Source of the DNA: Anaerolineaceae bacterium 4572_78
Lineage (GTDB): Bacteria > Chloroflexota > Anaerolineae > 4572-78
Reading direction: 5' to 3'
Assembly (NCBI GenBank): GCA_002084875.1
Contig: NBMH01000045.1
Coordinates: 5,082 to 69,081, forward strand
Length of the DNA: 64,000 nt
Under the pieces are notes generated by a model. The model ran no database searches. It was not told the origin of the DNA and saw nothing but the letters and a program-made list of their open reading frames with translations. Every line of letters begins with the position of its first letter. Within the stretch, counting starts at the first letter, position 1. Positions 8,420 through 19,652 of this stretch are shown piece by piece. A program made the translations under genes and the position numbers.

Positions 8420-9664
8420 ATGTCACCTAAAAATTATCACGAATACATTACAAAAGTTCTTTTAGACGAAAAACGTTTCATGAAGCTTCGTTTTAGTGGT
8501 AAATCAAAATTGCAATCAACTCAATGGCAAGAGGTCATTTTACGTCCTATTTTCCTAAAAGAAAAGCGATATATTCAGTTTTCTTATTTTGACAAACAGA
8601 AGAATATAACTAAAAATTACATAGGACACAGTGTGGAAATCAACTTAAATAAATTGTTTGACATGTCCTTCAAAAATATTCACATTTTCACCACCGATGA
8701 AAATATTCACATTCAACAAACCAAAAAAGGGAAAATCATTATCCATCATCATCGTCATGACCTACCACTACCGTTACCGTCCTTTGCCCATGACCGTCCT
8801 AAAAACTTGATTTTGCCCGAAGGAAAGCCTGACCCATTTCTAAAAAAGATTGGTGTTATGACCAAAGCAGGTCATGTTAGGGCGACAATGCGGGATAAAT
8901 TTCGGCAGATTAATGCCTTTCTTAATATTATTCAGGAAACCCATGCTATTGAAAAACTGACTAATTTTCCTTTGCATGTGATTGATTGTGGTTGCGGTAA
9001 TGCTCATTTGACATTTGCAGTTTATCACTATCTAAATCATGTATTGCAACGCCCCACAAAAATTATTGGCATCGACCGCAAAGCAGATTTGCTTGAAAAA
9101 CGCAATGAGCATGCCAAACAATTAGGATGGACTGGTCTTACATTTGAGCAGGCTGATATTATTGAATATCAACCCATACAATCACCCGACATTGTATTAG
9201 CATTGCATGCTTGTGATACTGCTACAGATGAGGCTCTAGCCCAAGCAATAAATTGGGATAGTCGTATGATTTTTAGTGTGCCATGTTGTCATCATCATCT
9301 CCAAGCACAATTCATACATGATAACCGTCAGACAAAAAAGGTTTTTAAAAACCTTTCTTGTCTTGCTACTAAAGCTCTTTTGCGGCATGGCATTTTACGA
9401 GAACGGCTCGGCGATATTCTGACCGATACATTTCGCTCTTTAATCCTTCAAAAGCATGGCTACCAAACAAATGTGATTGAATTTATTTCGAGTGAACACA
9501 CCGCTAAAAATATAATGATTCGAGCCGTCAAAACATCACCTTCCCCAAATCCCCTTCGTTCACTGGGTGGACAAATGGGGGGTAACAGTAAACGTGGGGA
9601 AGAAGAATACGAAGCCTTAAAATCTATCTGGCAAGTGACTCCTTATTTGGAAGAACTTTTGTGA
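8420..9664 (+). CDS. Class I SAM-dependent methyltransferase (Methyltransf_32-like)
   Basis: VIDCGCGNAHLTF, IGIDR, LALHACDTATDEALA, PCCHH, EHTAKN; carries in-frame repeat insertions. Confidence 0.88.
   Translation: MSPKNYHEYITKVLLDEKRFMKLRFSGKSKLQSTQWQEVILRPIFLKEKRYIQFSYFDKQKNITKNYIGHSVEINLNKLFDMSFKNIHIFTTDENIHIQQTKKGKIIIHHHRHDLPLPLPSFAHDRPKNLILPEGKPDPFLKKIGVMTKAGHVRATMRDKFRQINAFLNIIQETHAIEKLTNFPLHVIDCGCGNAHLTFAVYHYLNHVLQRPTKIIGIDRKADLLEKRNEHAKQLGWTGLTFEQADIIEYQPIQSPDIVLALHACDTATDEALAQAINWDSRMIFSVPCCHHHLQAQFIHDNRQTKKVFKNLSCLATKALLRHGILRERLGDILTDTFRSLILQKHGYQTNVIEFISSEHTAKNIMIRAVKTSPSPNPLRSLGGQMGGNSKRGEEEYEALKSIWQVTPYLEELL
9330..9363. repeat. Family A palindrome inside coding sequence
   Basis: AGACAAAAAAGGTTTTTAAAAACCTTTCTTGTCT, read in frame as QTKKVFKNLSCL. 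Confidence 0.88.
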
Positions 9665-9674
9665 AGTATATCTG

Positions 9675-10481
9675 TTATCCACCCATGTTTTTCTGTAACC
9701 ATTGATACATCAGCACTCCACCAGCCACAGCTACATTCAAGCTTTCGGCTTGTCCGAGCAATGGCAAACGAACCCAGTTTGTTATACAACTGCGAACGTC
9801 ATGGCTAAGACCACGAGCCTCGTTTCCCAAAACTAATGCGATTGAGCCATGTAAAATATTCTCATGCCAAGCTAATTTGCCATGTTGTCCATCGGCTCCC
9901 GTTATGGTGTAATTAGCCTTTTGCAATATTGTAAATAGAGAAACATGTTTAGTAGTGTGAATGAGAGGGATGGCAAAAAGTGACCCCATGCTACCGCGTA
10001 CAGTTTTGAGGTCAAATGGGTCAACGCATGGCTCGATTAAAACAATGGCAGTGGCAGAAATGCTATCTGCGGTGCGGATAATCGTCCCTAAATTGCCAGG
10101 GTCTTGTAAGCGGTCTGCGATAATAATCAGTGAAGGATGGTCGGTACTACTTAAAACTTTTGTGATTTTTTCGGAGAAAATAGGCAAGGTGACAATGATG
10201 CCTTGTGGAGATTCTCGTTCTGATAGTGCTTGCATGACATGTGGGCTGATAGCATGCAGTTGTCCACCTGCTTGGGCCAATTTGGAAAGCAGTTTCGGGG
10301 CAGTTTTACCCTTAAAATGCGATTCACTATAAAAAACATCTAATGGTTGATGCCTTTGTGCTAATGCCATGCTAATCAGTTGTAATCCTTCAATAGCAAA
10401 ACGATTTTGTGCTTGACGGTGTTTACGTTGGCTTAATTTGCGGATGGCGATAATTTTAGGGTTTTTTGTGGAAGTAATCAT
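9675..10481 (-). CDS. TrmH/SpoU-family RNA 2'-O-methyltransferase
   Basis: ITSTKNPKI, LQDPGNLGTIIRTA, RGSMGS, GNEARGL, ESLNVAVA. Confidence 0.92.
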   Translation of the reverse strand: MITSTKNPKIIAIRKLSQRKHRQAQNRFAIEGLQLISMALAQRHQPLDVFYSESHFKGKTAPKLLSKLAQAGGQLHAISPHVMQALSERESPQGIIVTLPIFSEKITKVLSSTDHPSLIIIADRLQDPGNLGTIIRTADSISATAIVLIEPCVDPFDLKTVRGSMGSLFAIPLIHTTKHVSLFTILQKANYTITGADGQHGKLAWHENILHGSIALVLGNEARGLSHDVRSCITNWVRLPLLGQAESLNVAVAGGVLMYQWLQKNMGG

Positions 10482-10550
10482 ATAAATGATGATTTCAAAA
10501 TCAATAAAGTAGAATCAGTAGTGCGAAGGATTTATCTTTTGAACTTCTTT

Positions 10551-10991
10551 TTATGCAACAGAAATAGTAATCCGTTCTCCTTTGTTATGGTCATAAACAT
10601 CAACAATCTGCCCAAATTGTCCATCTTCAATGGCTGAAACGACTTGTTTCATGTTTAATCCATTTACTTCGGGGGCTAATGTAGCTCCCATTTTCATGGC
10701 AACATTTATCAAGCCGAGTGGTAGACGTATTGCCATTTTTTCCTTTCCGCTGGCATCATCAAGCACTTGAATAGATAACCAATGTGGTTGAGATTGTTCC
10801 TGTTCTCGCACATTTTTTTCATCGCTAGTTAGGGCAGATAGCAAAGTAGCGGCTTCATCGGCGGATATTTTGCCGTCTTCCACCATTTTCAAAATTTTTA
10901 TCGAAACCGAAGTAAGAAAACCCACTGATTCTGTAGGCTCGGTGGGATAAATTGCCACTGTACTTTTACTTTTAGGTATGAATTTTGCCAT
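10551..10991 (-). CDS. SHOCT-like/YvlB-N-type small protein
   Basis: ILKMVEDGKISADEAATLLSAL, then W..I.V.D...K..IRLPL and IVDV...ERITI; N-terminal extension overlaps a hairpin repeat. Confidence 0.7.
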   Translation of the reverse strand: MAKFIPKSKSTVAIYPTEPTESVGFLTSVSIKILKMVEDGKISADEAATLLSALTSDEKNVREQEQSQPHWLSIQVLDDASGKEKMAIRLPLGLINVAMKMGATLAPEVNGLNMKQVVSAIEDGQFGQIVDVYDHNKGERITISVA

Positions 10992-11277
10992 AGAGCTACA
11001 TCCTTTCTAATCCAATAAATTTAACAGTACTCTTGTGTTTGATGAATTTGTAACTTTACACACATGGCACAATTTTACCATGATACATGCATTCTAGCAA
11101 ATGTCCACATCTTTTTAGTGAAATAACTGTTTTTCATCTGTCATTATAATTTGATTTATACATTTGGATTCAGTCCTACAAGATATTAAAGGTTTTGCAG
11201 ATTGCTTTAAGTGGATGACATTGTAGGTTTTTAACAACCATCAAAGTCTTTATAAAAAAATAGAGGAGATAATTTCT

Positions 11278-12828
11278 ATGACACATAAAATAGCAATTGA
11301 TTTTGGCACGACTAACAGTGTAATTGCCCATTGGGATTCTAGCATAGATTCACCTGAAGTTATTCCAATATCAGGTTTGAGCACTAAAGATTTACCAACT
11401 AGATTGCCGCTTATTCCTTCCATCGTGTACGTTGAGGATGGGCAAGCAAAAAAAGTTATTATTGGACAAACGGTTCTTGATAGAGAGCTAGAGCGTAAAA
11501 GGGATAATCGTCTGTTCCGAAATTTCAAGCGAGGCATCGTTGCCTCTCCTTCACCGCCGCCTCGCAGAGTAGATGAAATATTATGGGATGATAAAAGAGC
11601 TGGGCGTAGCTTCCTTCGCAATTTAGTCCGAAGGTTGCCCTATCAACCTGATGAAATAGAGCAATTAGTCTTAACTACTCCTGTGGCATCATTTGAAAGT
11701 TACTTAGTTTGGTTAAATGAAACACTAGGTGATTTGGTCGGTGATAAGATTCGGATTGTCGACGAATCAACGGCGGCCGCACTCGGTTATGCAGTTACCG
11801 AACCTGAAGCTTTAGTGTTAGTATTTGATTTTGGTGGTGGTACCCTTGATTTATCACTTGTCCAATTGCCGAAAAGTCGCGAAAAAACAGGCGGCATGTT
11901 AACACGATTGTTGAAAGCAATGAAAAAAGAGGGAAGTCATACTGCTCAAGTCATTGCTAAAGCGGGGCAAGTAATAGGTGGCAGTGATATTGACCAATGG
12001 TTATTGGCTGATGTGCTGAAACGAACCAATGTCACTGTACAAGAATTAGGGAATGATTATCCCATGTTGCTCGCTTTGTGTGAGAAAACAAAAATTATTC
12101 TTTCCACAGATGACAATACTGATTTGACATTTGAAGTTAATGGTCGAGCACACACTGTAACCATTACCCGCCTCGAATTAGAATCATTGCTAGAACAAAA
12201 TGGTTTTTTTGTTGCTCTGCGGCGGGTCGTTGACAAGGTGATGTATATCACACGTCAACATGGCATGTACCGTGAAGATATTAACTATGTATTGATGGTC
12301 GGTGGCACTTCTCTTATGCCATCGGTACAACGTGTTTTAAAGGAATACTTTTCGATTTTAGCAGTTCATTCTAATAAACCCTTCACAGCCATTGCCGAAG
12401 GAGCGTTACAGGTTGCACTTGGATTTGGTTTAGATGATTATCTGATTCATGCTTATGGTTTGCGTCACCTAAGTCCCATTACAGGCGAGCATGAGTACGA
12501 TGAAATTATCCCTATGGGAAGTCCATATCCGAGCAAAAAACCAGTTGAGGTTTTGCTTAGTGCCGCACATGCAAATCAACAAACTATTGAATTTGTTATT
12601 GGTGAGATTGATACCGATAGTATTGCTAGAGTCGAAGTGAAATATGAGAATGGTCAAGCAGTCTTTGTGGCTCAAGCTGACCAAAGCACATACCAAGTTG
12701 TTCCACTAAACGACTCTGAATCAGATACTATATTGGCAAATCTTTTACCGCCAGGCAAATTACGACAAGATAGACTCAAAGCAGAATTTATGGTTGATAA
12801 AAATCGCCATTTGCGACTGAAATGCTAA
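11278..12828 (+). CDS. Hsp70-family ATPase (non-DnaK), possibly C-terminally truncated
   Basis: AIDFGTTNS, DESTAAALGY, FDFGGGTLDLS, GGSDID, MVGGTSLMP; ends abruptly HLRLKC before a repeat cluster. Confidence 0.85.
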   Translation: MTHKIAIDFGTTNSVIAHWDSSIDSPEVIPISGLSTKDLPTRLPLIPSIVYVEDGQAKKVIIGQTVLDRELERKRDNRLFRNFKRGIVASPSPPPRRVDEILWDDKRAGRSFLRNLVRRLPYQPDEIEQLVLTTPVASFESYLVWLNETLGDLVGDKIRIVDESTAAALGYAVTEPEALVLVFDFGGGTLDLSLVQLPKSREKTGGMLTRLLKAMKKEGSHTAQVIAKAGQVIGGSDIDQWLLADVLKRTNVTVQELGNDYPMLLALCEKTKIILSTDDNTDLTFEVNGRAHTVTITRLELESLLEQNGFFVALRRVVDKVMYITRQHGMYREDINYVLMVGGTSLMPSVQRVLKEYFSILAVHSNKPFTAIAEGALQVALGFGLDDYLIHAYGLRHLSPITGEHEYDEIIPMGSPYPSKKPVEVLLSAAHANQQTIEFVIGEIDTDSIARVEVKYENGQAVFVAQADQSTYQVVPLNDSESDTILANLLPPGKLRQDRLKAEFMVDKNRHLRLKC

Positions 12829-12888
12829 AGAAGATATTGGATTTCGTACCTCAATCTCATCCATGGGGTATTGTTTTTAACAGAATAT

Positions 12889-13136
12889 GTAGGGATTTAT
12901 GGCATAAATCCTACACGATGATAAAACATGTGTCCCATATTCCTACATGTTCTACCTGAAAAATAGCATTGTGAACAGCCCTGAATAGTAGGGGCGTACG
13001 CTGAACAACCCTGGTTCACCCTCATCCTTGCCCTCCCCCACGGGGAGAGGGGAATCTACCCCACTCAATCCCCCCGCCTGCGAGGGGAAGTGACTGCTCC
13101 CCTCCTGTTCACGGGGAGGGGCGGGGATGGGGTCTA
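12889..13136. repeat. Cluster of GTAG-type and CCCCTC-type palindromic repeats
   Basis: GTAGGGATTTATGGCATAAATCCTAC hairpin; about 88-nt block 12911-13000 near-identical to 25201-25289; several CCCC..GGGG hairpins. Confidence 0.85.
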
Positions 13137-13157
13137 CTTAACGAAAGGAAATAACAA

Positions 13158-13439
13158 ATGTCAGAAAAACAATGTGTGCGAGCATTAATTAGTGGACGTG
13201 TGCAAGGAGTCAGCATGCGTTACTATACACAATTGAAAGCAAATGAACTAGGCATATCAGGTTTTGTCCGCAACCTTAGAGACAAGCGGGTAGAAGCTGT
13301 TTTTGAAGGAACACCAACTGACATCAAAACCATGCTGAAATGGTGTGAAACTGGGGCACCACATGCCCGCATTGATAATGTTCAGATTGACTATGATGTT
13401 CATTCAAAAGGGTTTCATGGATTTAATATACGGTTTTGA
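13158..13439 (+). CDS. acyP: Acylphosphatase
   Basis: SGRVQGVSMR, GFVRNL.D.RVE signature. Confidence 0.93.
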   Translation: MSEKQCVRALISGRVQGVSMRYYTQLKANELGISGFVRNLRDKRVEAVFEGTPTDIKTMLKWCETGAPHARIDNVQIDYDVHSKGFHGFNIRF

Positions 13440-13441
13440 AT

Positions 13442-14956
13442 ATGAATATTTTACCTGCAATTGAAGCGTATTGCCAACATCATGGGCTCATCAATCGAGG
13501 AGATAAAATTGTTGTTGCGGTTTCAGGGGGCATGGATTCGGTATGTTTATTGGCAATTCTGCGAAAGATGGCTACTAGGCATGATTTGCAATTGTATGTG
13601 GCTCATCTTAATCATGGCATGCGAAATAAAGCTGCAGATGCCGATGCCGATTTTGTCAAAGATATTTCCCATCGCTGGAAGTTGCCAACTGTCATTAGCC
13701 GCATGGATGTGCCTGCTTATGCCAAACAGCAAAAATGCGGTTTAGAGACAGCCGCTCGCCAAGTCCGATACAAATTTTTGGCAGATGTCGCTCAAAAAGT
13801 TGCGGCAAATAAAATTGCTGTTGGGCATCAAGCAAATGACCAAGCCGAAACAATTTTAATGAACTTTTTACGCGGGGCAGGTGTGACAGGGCTACAAGGC
13901 ATGCAACCTATAACTACTTTAGACCTTAAAAATTTTAAAACCATTTCAGGTCTGAATAAGCCAAATATTTTTCTAATCCGCCCATTATTGAATACCACAC
14001 GTAATGACATTAAAACATTTTGCCATGAAAATCATCTAGCTTATCGCTGTGACCTCACCAATCAAGACATCACTTTTTACCGAAATCGTATCCGCCATGA
14101 GTTGATTCCTCTGTTAGAAACATACAATCCAAATATTGTCAAGACATTGTTGCGAACAGGCAATATCATGACGGCTGATAACGTGGTATTACAGGAGCAA
14201 ATTCGACAAAATTGGCAAACGGTCTTGATTACGGAAACAGATGATATACTCACATTTGATTTGGAGAAATGGCAACGATTACCGTTAGCTATTCAACGTG
14301 GTTTATTACGCCATGCCATTCATGTCTTGCATCATTCATTGGTCAATGTTGGATTTATCCACATTGACCAAGCTATTACATTATTAAATTATGGACAAAC
14401 AGGACGGAAATTCGTTTTTCCAACACAGCTTATCTTGACAATCTTGTATAATAGATTTATACTCAAACTCCCCGACAGGAGCGACAAAGCTCACTTTGTC
14501 AAAGCAAGCTTTGACGCTCCAATCAGGTTTGATGCTCCAGTCAACTTAATCATTCATGGTGTAATACCATTGCCTGATACAAATTGGATTGTTGAAACTT
14601 GCATGATTCTGTCGAAAGGTTTTCATCCCATGTCAAATGAACAGAAGGCATATTTCGATGCGGATTGTCTTGGTGAAAAACCTTACTTGCGAACTCGGCA
14701 GGCAGGCGACAAATTCTATCCTTATGGGCTTGAGGGACATAGTCAAACTCTAAAGAAATTTATGATTAACCACAAAATTCCTGCTTCACATCGTGATAAT
14801 ATCCCTTTGTTAGTTGCAGAAGACGGAAAAATTTGTTGGGTCATTGGTTGGAGAACGGGGCATTGGTGTCAAGTCACGAAAAAAACGAAACGCATTTTGC
14901 AAATAGAGATTAAGAAAAAGGTAAATACGATAACACATGACCGAAAAGAAAAATAA
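13442..14956 (+). CDS. tilS: tRNA(Ile)-lysidine synthetase
   Basis: AVSGGMDS PP-loop, E.AAR..RY, GHQANDQAETILMN, LIRPLL, D.TN....RNRIR, TilS_C (R.RQAGD, LKKFMIN.KIP..RD.IPL). Confidence 0.95.
   Translation: MNILPAIEAYCQHHGLINRGDKIVVAVSGGMDSVCLLAILRKMATRHDLQLYVAHLNHGMRNKAADADADFVKDISHRWKLPTVISRMDVPAYAKQQKCGLETAARQVRYKFLADVAQKVAANKIAVGHQANDQAETILMNFLRGAGVTGLQGMQPITTLDLKNFKTISGLNKPNIFLIRPLLNTTRNDIKTFCHENHLAYRCDLTNQDITFYRNRIRHELIPLLETYNPNIVKTLLRTGNIMTADNVVLQEQIRQNWQTVLITETDDILTFDLEKWQRLPLAIQRGLLRHAIHVLHHSLVNVGFIHIDQAITLLNYGQTGRKFVFPTQLILTILYNRFILKLPDRSDKAHFVKASFDAPIRFDAPVNLIIHGVIPLPDTNWIVETCMILSKGFHPMSNEQKAYFDADCLGEKPYLRTRQAGDKFYPYGLEGHSQTLKKFMINHKIPASHRDNIPLLVAEDGKICWVIGWRTGHWCQVTKKTKRILQIEIKKKVNTITHDRKEK
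14478..14540. repeat. Family B repeat inside tilS coding sequence
   Basis: GGAGCGACAAAGCTCACTTTGTCAAAGCAAGCTTTGACGCTCCA...TTTGATGCTCCAG, read in frame as RSDKAHFVKASFDAPIRFDAP. Confidence 0.85.
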
Positions 14957-16547
14957 CTACATTTTACTGACAGTGTTTATCTCAGGAATGACCACGCTTG
15001 GAGTGGAATTGAGTGCTATCCGATTGATTGCTCCATTTTTTGGTACGTCGGATATTATTTGGGCAAATCTGATTGGCTTAGTTCTCATCTATCTGAGTAT
15101 CGGATATTTTGTTGGCGGGCGATGGGCAGACACAGACCCACGTCATAGCACCTTTTATCAGATTATTGCTTGGGGAGCATTTTTAACAGGGTTAATTCCC
15201 TTTGTGGCTATGCCAATTTTGCGTTGGAGTGTTGAGGGATTTGCTACTTTCAATGCTGGGATTTTAATCGGCTCATTCGTGGCAGTATTAATCTTGTTCA
15301 GCATACCCATGACTTTATTAGGCATGGCATCTCCCTTTGCTATTCGTCTAGCTGTAACCAATGTGGGTGGAACGGGGAAAATAGCAGGTTCTATTTATGC
15401 CCTAAGCACGCTTGGCTCAATTTTAGGGACATTTTTACCTGGCTTAATTTTAATTCCCAACATCGGCACACGATACACTTTTTTATTTTTCTCGATAGTT
15501 TTGCTGATAGTGGCAATCGGAGGTTTGCTATCACAAAGTAAATCATACGGAGTGATATACTTATGCTTGATGGTAATATTGATAATACTAGCCATTTATT
15601 TCCCCAATCGTCCCATAAAGATAAATGAGCGAGCTGTGTACGAAACAGAAAGCCGTTACAACTATATACAAGTAATTAAAGCGAATGATGAATATCTGCT
15701 TTACTTGAATGAAGGAACTGGTATTCATTCCATCTATCGCCCGCATGCTATTTTGGCTTATGGTATATGGGATTACTTTTTGATTGTCCCATTTTTTAAC
15801 GACCCACCTCACACCACTGAGCATGTTAATAGCTTGTTGGTGATTGGTTCAGCAGCTGGGACAATTTCAAAACAATATACTGCCGTCTATGGCAAAATTC
15901 CAATTGATGGGGTGGAAATTGACCCTGAGATTAGTCGTGTAGGCTACGATTGGTTTGCCATGAATGAGCCAAATGTTACTACGATTAATGAAGATGGTCG
16001 TTTTTATTTGGCAAATATCGACCGTAAGTATGATGTCATTAGTGTGGATGCTTATCGTCCCCCTTACATTCCATTTCAGCTCACTAGTCAAGAATTTTTC
16101 CAAGAAATTTATGACCATCTGAATGATGATGGTATCGTAGCCATTAATGCTGGACGTTCAGCACATGATTATTCATTGGTTATTGCTTTAGGAAGCACCA
16201 TGAAATCTGTTTTTCCAAATGTATATGTTCTTGATGCCCCTAGCTTTGAGAGTGATTTGGGGAACAGTTTAGTTATTGCCAGCAAACAACCCACGAAATT
16301 ACTGAATGTGGTAAACAATGCGGCATTAGTTGAAAATCCACATTTGCATGATGTTTTTAATCGAGTGATTAACTTTAGTCGCGTTTGGGAAATAACCTGC
16401 CAAGCAAATCATCCTTTTGTGCCAGGCTTTGGCGGAGATTTACTCGATGTGTTGCCTTCAGCATGCATCCCTCCATTTACCGATGATAAAGCCCCTATTG
16501 AGCAAGTGGTGCATGGTCTGATATTTCGCTATATTCTGAATCAATGA
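14937..16547 (+). CDS. Fused membrane domain / spermidine-synthase-like methyltransferase
   Basis: About 7 TM N-terminus (SG...LGVE, G.IYALSTLGSILGTF), then LVIGSAAG, VEIDP, EDGR, VDAY, FTDDKAP. Confidence 0.88.
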   Translation: MTEKKNNYILLTVFISGMTTLGVELSAIRLIAPFFGTSDIIWANLIGLVLIYLSIGYFVGGRWADTDPRHSTFYQIIAWGAFLTGLIPFVAMPILRWSVEGFATFNAGILIGSFVAVLILFSIPMTLLGMASPFAIRLAVTNVGGTGKIAGSIYALSTLGSILGTFLPGLILIPNIGTRYTFLFFSIVLLIVAIGGLLSQSKSYGVIYLCLMVILIILAIYFPNRPIKINERAVYETESRYNYIQVIKANDEYLLYLNEGTGIHSIYRPHAILAYGIWDYFLIVPFFNDPPHTTEHVNSLLVIGSAAGTISKQYTAVYGKIPIDGVEIDPEISRVGYDWFAMNEPNVTTINEDGRFYLANIDRKYDVISVDAYRPPYIPFQLTSQEFFQEIYDHLNDDGIVAINAGRSAHDYSLVIALGSTMKSVFPNVYVLDAPSFESDLGNSLVIASKQPTKLLNVVNNAALVENPHLHDVFNRVINFSRVWEITCQANHPFVPGFGGDLLDVLPSACIPPFTDDKAPIEQVVHGLIFRYILNQ

Positions 16548-16651
16548 GATTGGCTTAAACATTCAGGGTAGTAGACCCCACCCCCACAAGAGATGGTAGT
16601 AAGATTCCTATCTTCCACATGTTGTGTGAACGGTTGCTCAAGTTATTAATT

Positions 16652-16776
16652 GTAACCGTTCACCACCATCCCTAATCCCTCCCCCACAGGGAGAGGGTAA
16701 TCTTACTCCCCTTCTCCTCGTAGGGGAAGGGGCTGGGGGTTTGGGTCTACTAACAAGAAGGGGAGTGAATAATTAC
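16652..16776. repeat. MITE-like element with GTAACCGTTCAC/GTGAATAATTAC ends enclosing CCCCTC-type hairpins
   Basis: Imperfect 12-bp terminal inverted repeats; internal CCCTCCCCCACAGGGAGAGGG and CCCCTTCTCCTCGTAGGGGAAGGGG hairpins similar to 13018-13136. Confidence 0.75.
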
Positions 16777-16937
16777 TATTAATTGTCCTAAACTTGTTAA
16801 GAAATTTTGGCAAAATTACAATACTTGTGCTAATATAACGATGTTCACATGGTATGGATATCTTGTCCGTACACAACCCACATGTAAGATACCATGTGAT
16901 ATATGATAATTTTACTTATGCAAAATGGAGCATTATA

Positions 16938-17894
16938 ATGTATATTAAATTTTGGGGAACACGTGGTTCTCTGCCGACAGCCTTAACCTGCGATGATGTA
17001 GAACGAAAAATAAGACGAGCTTTAGAGGGAGCTGTTGGTTTAGACCTTTCCGATTCAGATGTTATTGACCATTACATTGAACGTTTACCCATTATCACAA
17101 AAGGCACAATGGGCGGCGAAACCACATGCATGGAACTTCAATCGGGAGAGCAAACGATTGTGATTGACATGGGTTCTGGGATAAGAAAATTAGGTTTGGA
17201 CATGCTTTTCAATCGTAGTTATGGCAAAGGACATAAACAGATTGATATTCTAGTTACTCATACGCATTGGGATCATGTTCAGGGCTTCCCATTTTTCATC
17301 CCAGCTTATATTCCGCATAACATTCTCAACTTTCATAGTCCCATTGAGGATTTAGAAAGCCGCATAAACCAACAACAGGAGCCTCGTTTTTTCCCTGTTT
17401 CTACCAAATATATGAATTCTACCTTTAATTTTATTACTATCAAACCTAATAGTTGGCATCAAATCGGCAATATTCGGGTATATCCATTCCGTCTTTCGCA
17501 TCCTGGCTTTACTTATGGCTATCGGATAGAAGATGGTAATTCGGTATTTGTGTGTGCCACTGATTCGGAATACAAACGTGTTGACCCTGAAAGCACCAAA
17601 CGTTATGTTGAGCTGTTTAACGAGGCTGATATGCTGATTTTTGATGCCCAATACACTTGGTCGGAAGCCTTAGATAAAATTGATTGGGGACATAGTAGTG
17701 CTATCATGGGGTCGGAAATGGCTTATCGGGCAAAGGCGAAACGTTTGGTGCTGTTTCACCATGACCCGACCAGCACTGATGAAAAGATTTGGGCGGCAAA
17801 GGCACTGGCAGAAGCATATTTAGAAAATCGCATTTCAGATGATTTTGAGTGTGAAGTGTTTATTGGCTATGATGGGTTTGGTATTAACTTTTAG
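16938..17894 (+). CDS. MBL-fold metallo-hydrolase (signalling-associated type)
   Basis: FWGTRGS, THTHWDHVQGFPFF (HxHxDH), HPG, DAQY, WGHS, FHHDP; ATG 16938 with GGAG RBS. Confidence 0.9.
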   Translation: MYIKFWGTRGSLPTALTCDDVERKIRRALEGAVGLDLSDSDVIDHYIERLPIITKGTMGGETTCMELQSGEQTIVIDMGSGIRKLGLDMLFNRSYGKGHKQIDILVTHTHWDHVQGFPFFIPAYIPHNILNFHSPIEDLESRINQQQEPRFFPVSTKYMNSTFNFITIKPNSWHQIGNIRVYPFRLSHPGFTYGYRIEDGNSVFVCATDSEYKRVDPESTKRYVELFNEADMLIFDAQYTWSEALDKIDWGHSSAIMGSEMAYRAKAKRLVLFHHDPTSTDEKIWAAKALAEAYLENRISDDFECEVFIGYDGFGINF

Positions 17895-17926
17895 TAACTG
17901 TTCTTCCCAAACTGTAGGAGACTTCG

Positions 17927-19652
17927 GTGACAATCGCTATCAAAAACACCCAATATGTTCAAGAAAAACGTCAAACTAATTTACTACGTGCCTTAAATCA
18001 TACTTCTTTAATTTTGAGTAGTACACTCGATTTAGAGACGATTTTGCAAATAGGATTAGAACAATCTCAAATAATTTTTCGAGCAGATGGCAGTGCAATT
18101 GAATTGGTTAATGATGAACAAAAAACCGACTATTTAGCCATTCATCTCAACCCAAATCTTCCAGGAACATCTCTCCTTGCCACCCAACAAGACATGGCAA
18201 AGAAAACATTATCAGATTTGATTTTTAGTCATCGTTATGATGAAGTTTTCATTGTGGATGAAAATAATCCTGCTTTATTTCCTGTTCAACAAACTTTATT
18301 AGAAACAGGCATAGAGGCTTTAGCACTTGCCCCCTTAATTTTGGGCAGTGATGTTAAAGGAGGGGTGGTCGTTCTATTTAAAAAGTCCCATGCCTACACC
18401 AGCGAAGAGATTGACTTGCTTTTAAGCATCACCCATATCGTCAGTCTTGCCATTCAAAACGCAATGAAGCGGTGCCCTAACGGGTAGTTTAGATTTAGCC
18501 CATGTATTAAGATTGGTCATTGATGGTGTAAATATTTTATTAGAAACGGAACGAACATCAGTTTTTTTAATTGACGATGCCAACAATGAATTAGTATTAC
18601 GTTATAGCAATGAAGGGGATGCAGATATTCGTTTACCTGCTCCATGGCAAGGAATAGCGGGCTGGGTAGCTAGACATGACCAACCTGCATTGGTTAATGA
18701 TACCTTAAAAGATATTCGTCACTTACGCCAAGTTGCCCGCGAAACAGGTTATGAGACCCATTCGATTTTATGCGTGCCTCTCAAAGTAGAGGGGCGGGTC
18801 ATCGGCGTGGTGCAGGTGTTAAATAAAACAGAGGGACGACAATTTACTCATCACCACCAATCCATGCTCCTAGATTTTACCAAGTGGGCTTCGATTGCCT
18901 TGCATAATGCACAACTGTATCATGAACGGGTGCAGGCGTATCAAAAATTAGCCGCTGAACAAGACCGCCGTCTTACTGCCGAAAGACGAGGTAACATGGC
19001 TGCTATCATTTTGGATATGGCTCACACCATGAATAATGTTCTGGGGGCTATTCGAGTTTGGGCTAGCAATTTAGAACGGATGATGAATAAAAAGCCTCAT
19101 TGTCCTATCATCACCTTTGACCATCAGATACAACATATTCGCAAAAATTCAGAAGAGGCAATTAAACTCATCGGCAACATTACCAGCCCCATTGAATACG
19201 TCGAAGTGGCTCCAGTAGATGTCCATGTGGCACTCACTTATGCCGTTGATAATTCATGGTGGCCCGATAACATCACCTATCAAAAAGATTACGGGGTTGA
19301 TGTGCCTTTGGTTATGGCTGATACTAAACGGCTTGAGACAACATTTCATAATTTGTTATCTAATGCTATTCAGGCAATGACAAAACATGGCGGACGTGTC
19401 GTTCTCCAAACGAGGCGTGCAGATGATGAATGGGTACAAATTACGATTAGTGATACCGGTCCTGGTATTTCCCATGAACTGCAAAAACATATTTTTGACC
19501 CTGGTGTGTCAGGTAGAGATGGAGGACTCGGCGTAGGCTTATGGCTGGTTGAAACGTTTATTCATCAATTTGGAGGACATATTATTTTGGAAGATTCTAC
19601 AAAAGATGGAACTACATTTGTTTTAACTTTACTGTCTGCTAGGGCTGTTTAA
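17927..19652 (+). pseudogene. Multi-GAF sensor histidine kinase split into two ORFs (17927-18487 and 18513-19652)
   Basis: GAF repeats (SSTLDLETIL; ALTGSLDLAHVL in a shifted frame at about 18472), H-box MAHTMNN, N-box NLLSNAIQA, DTGPG, GLGVGL; first ORF starts mid-GAF (TIAIKNTQY). Confidence 0.7.

Noticed and set aside
11278-12828. Calling this dnaK
   Set aside because: Lacks the canonical substrate-binding domain and lid, and has no dnaJ/grpE neighbours
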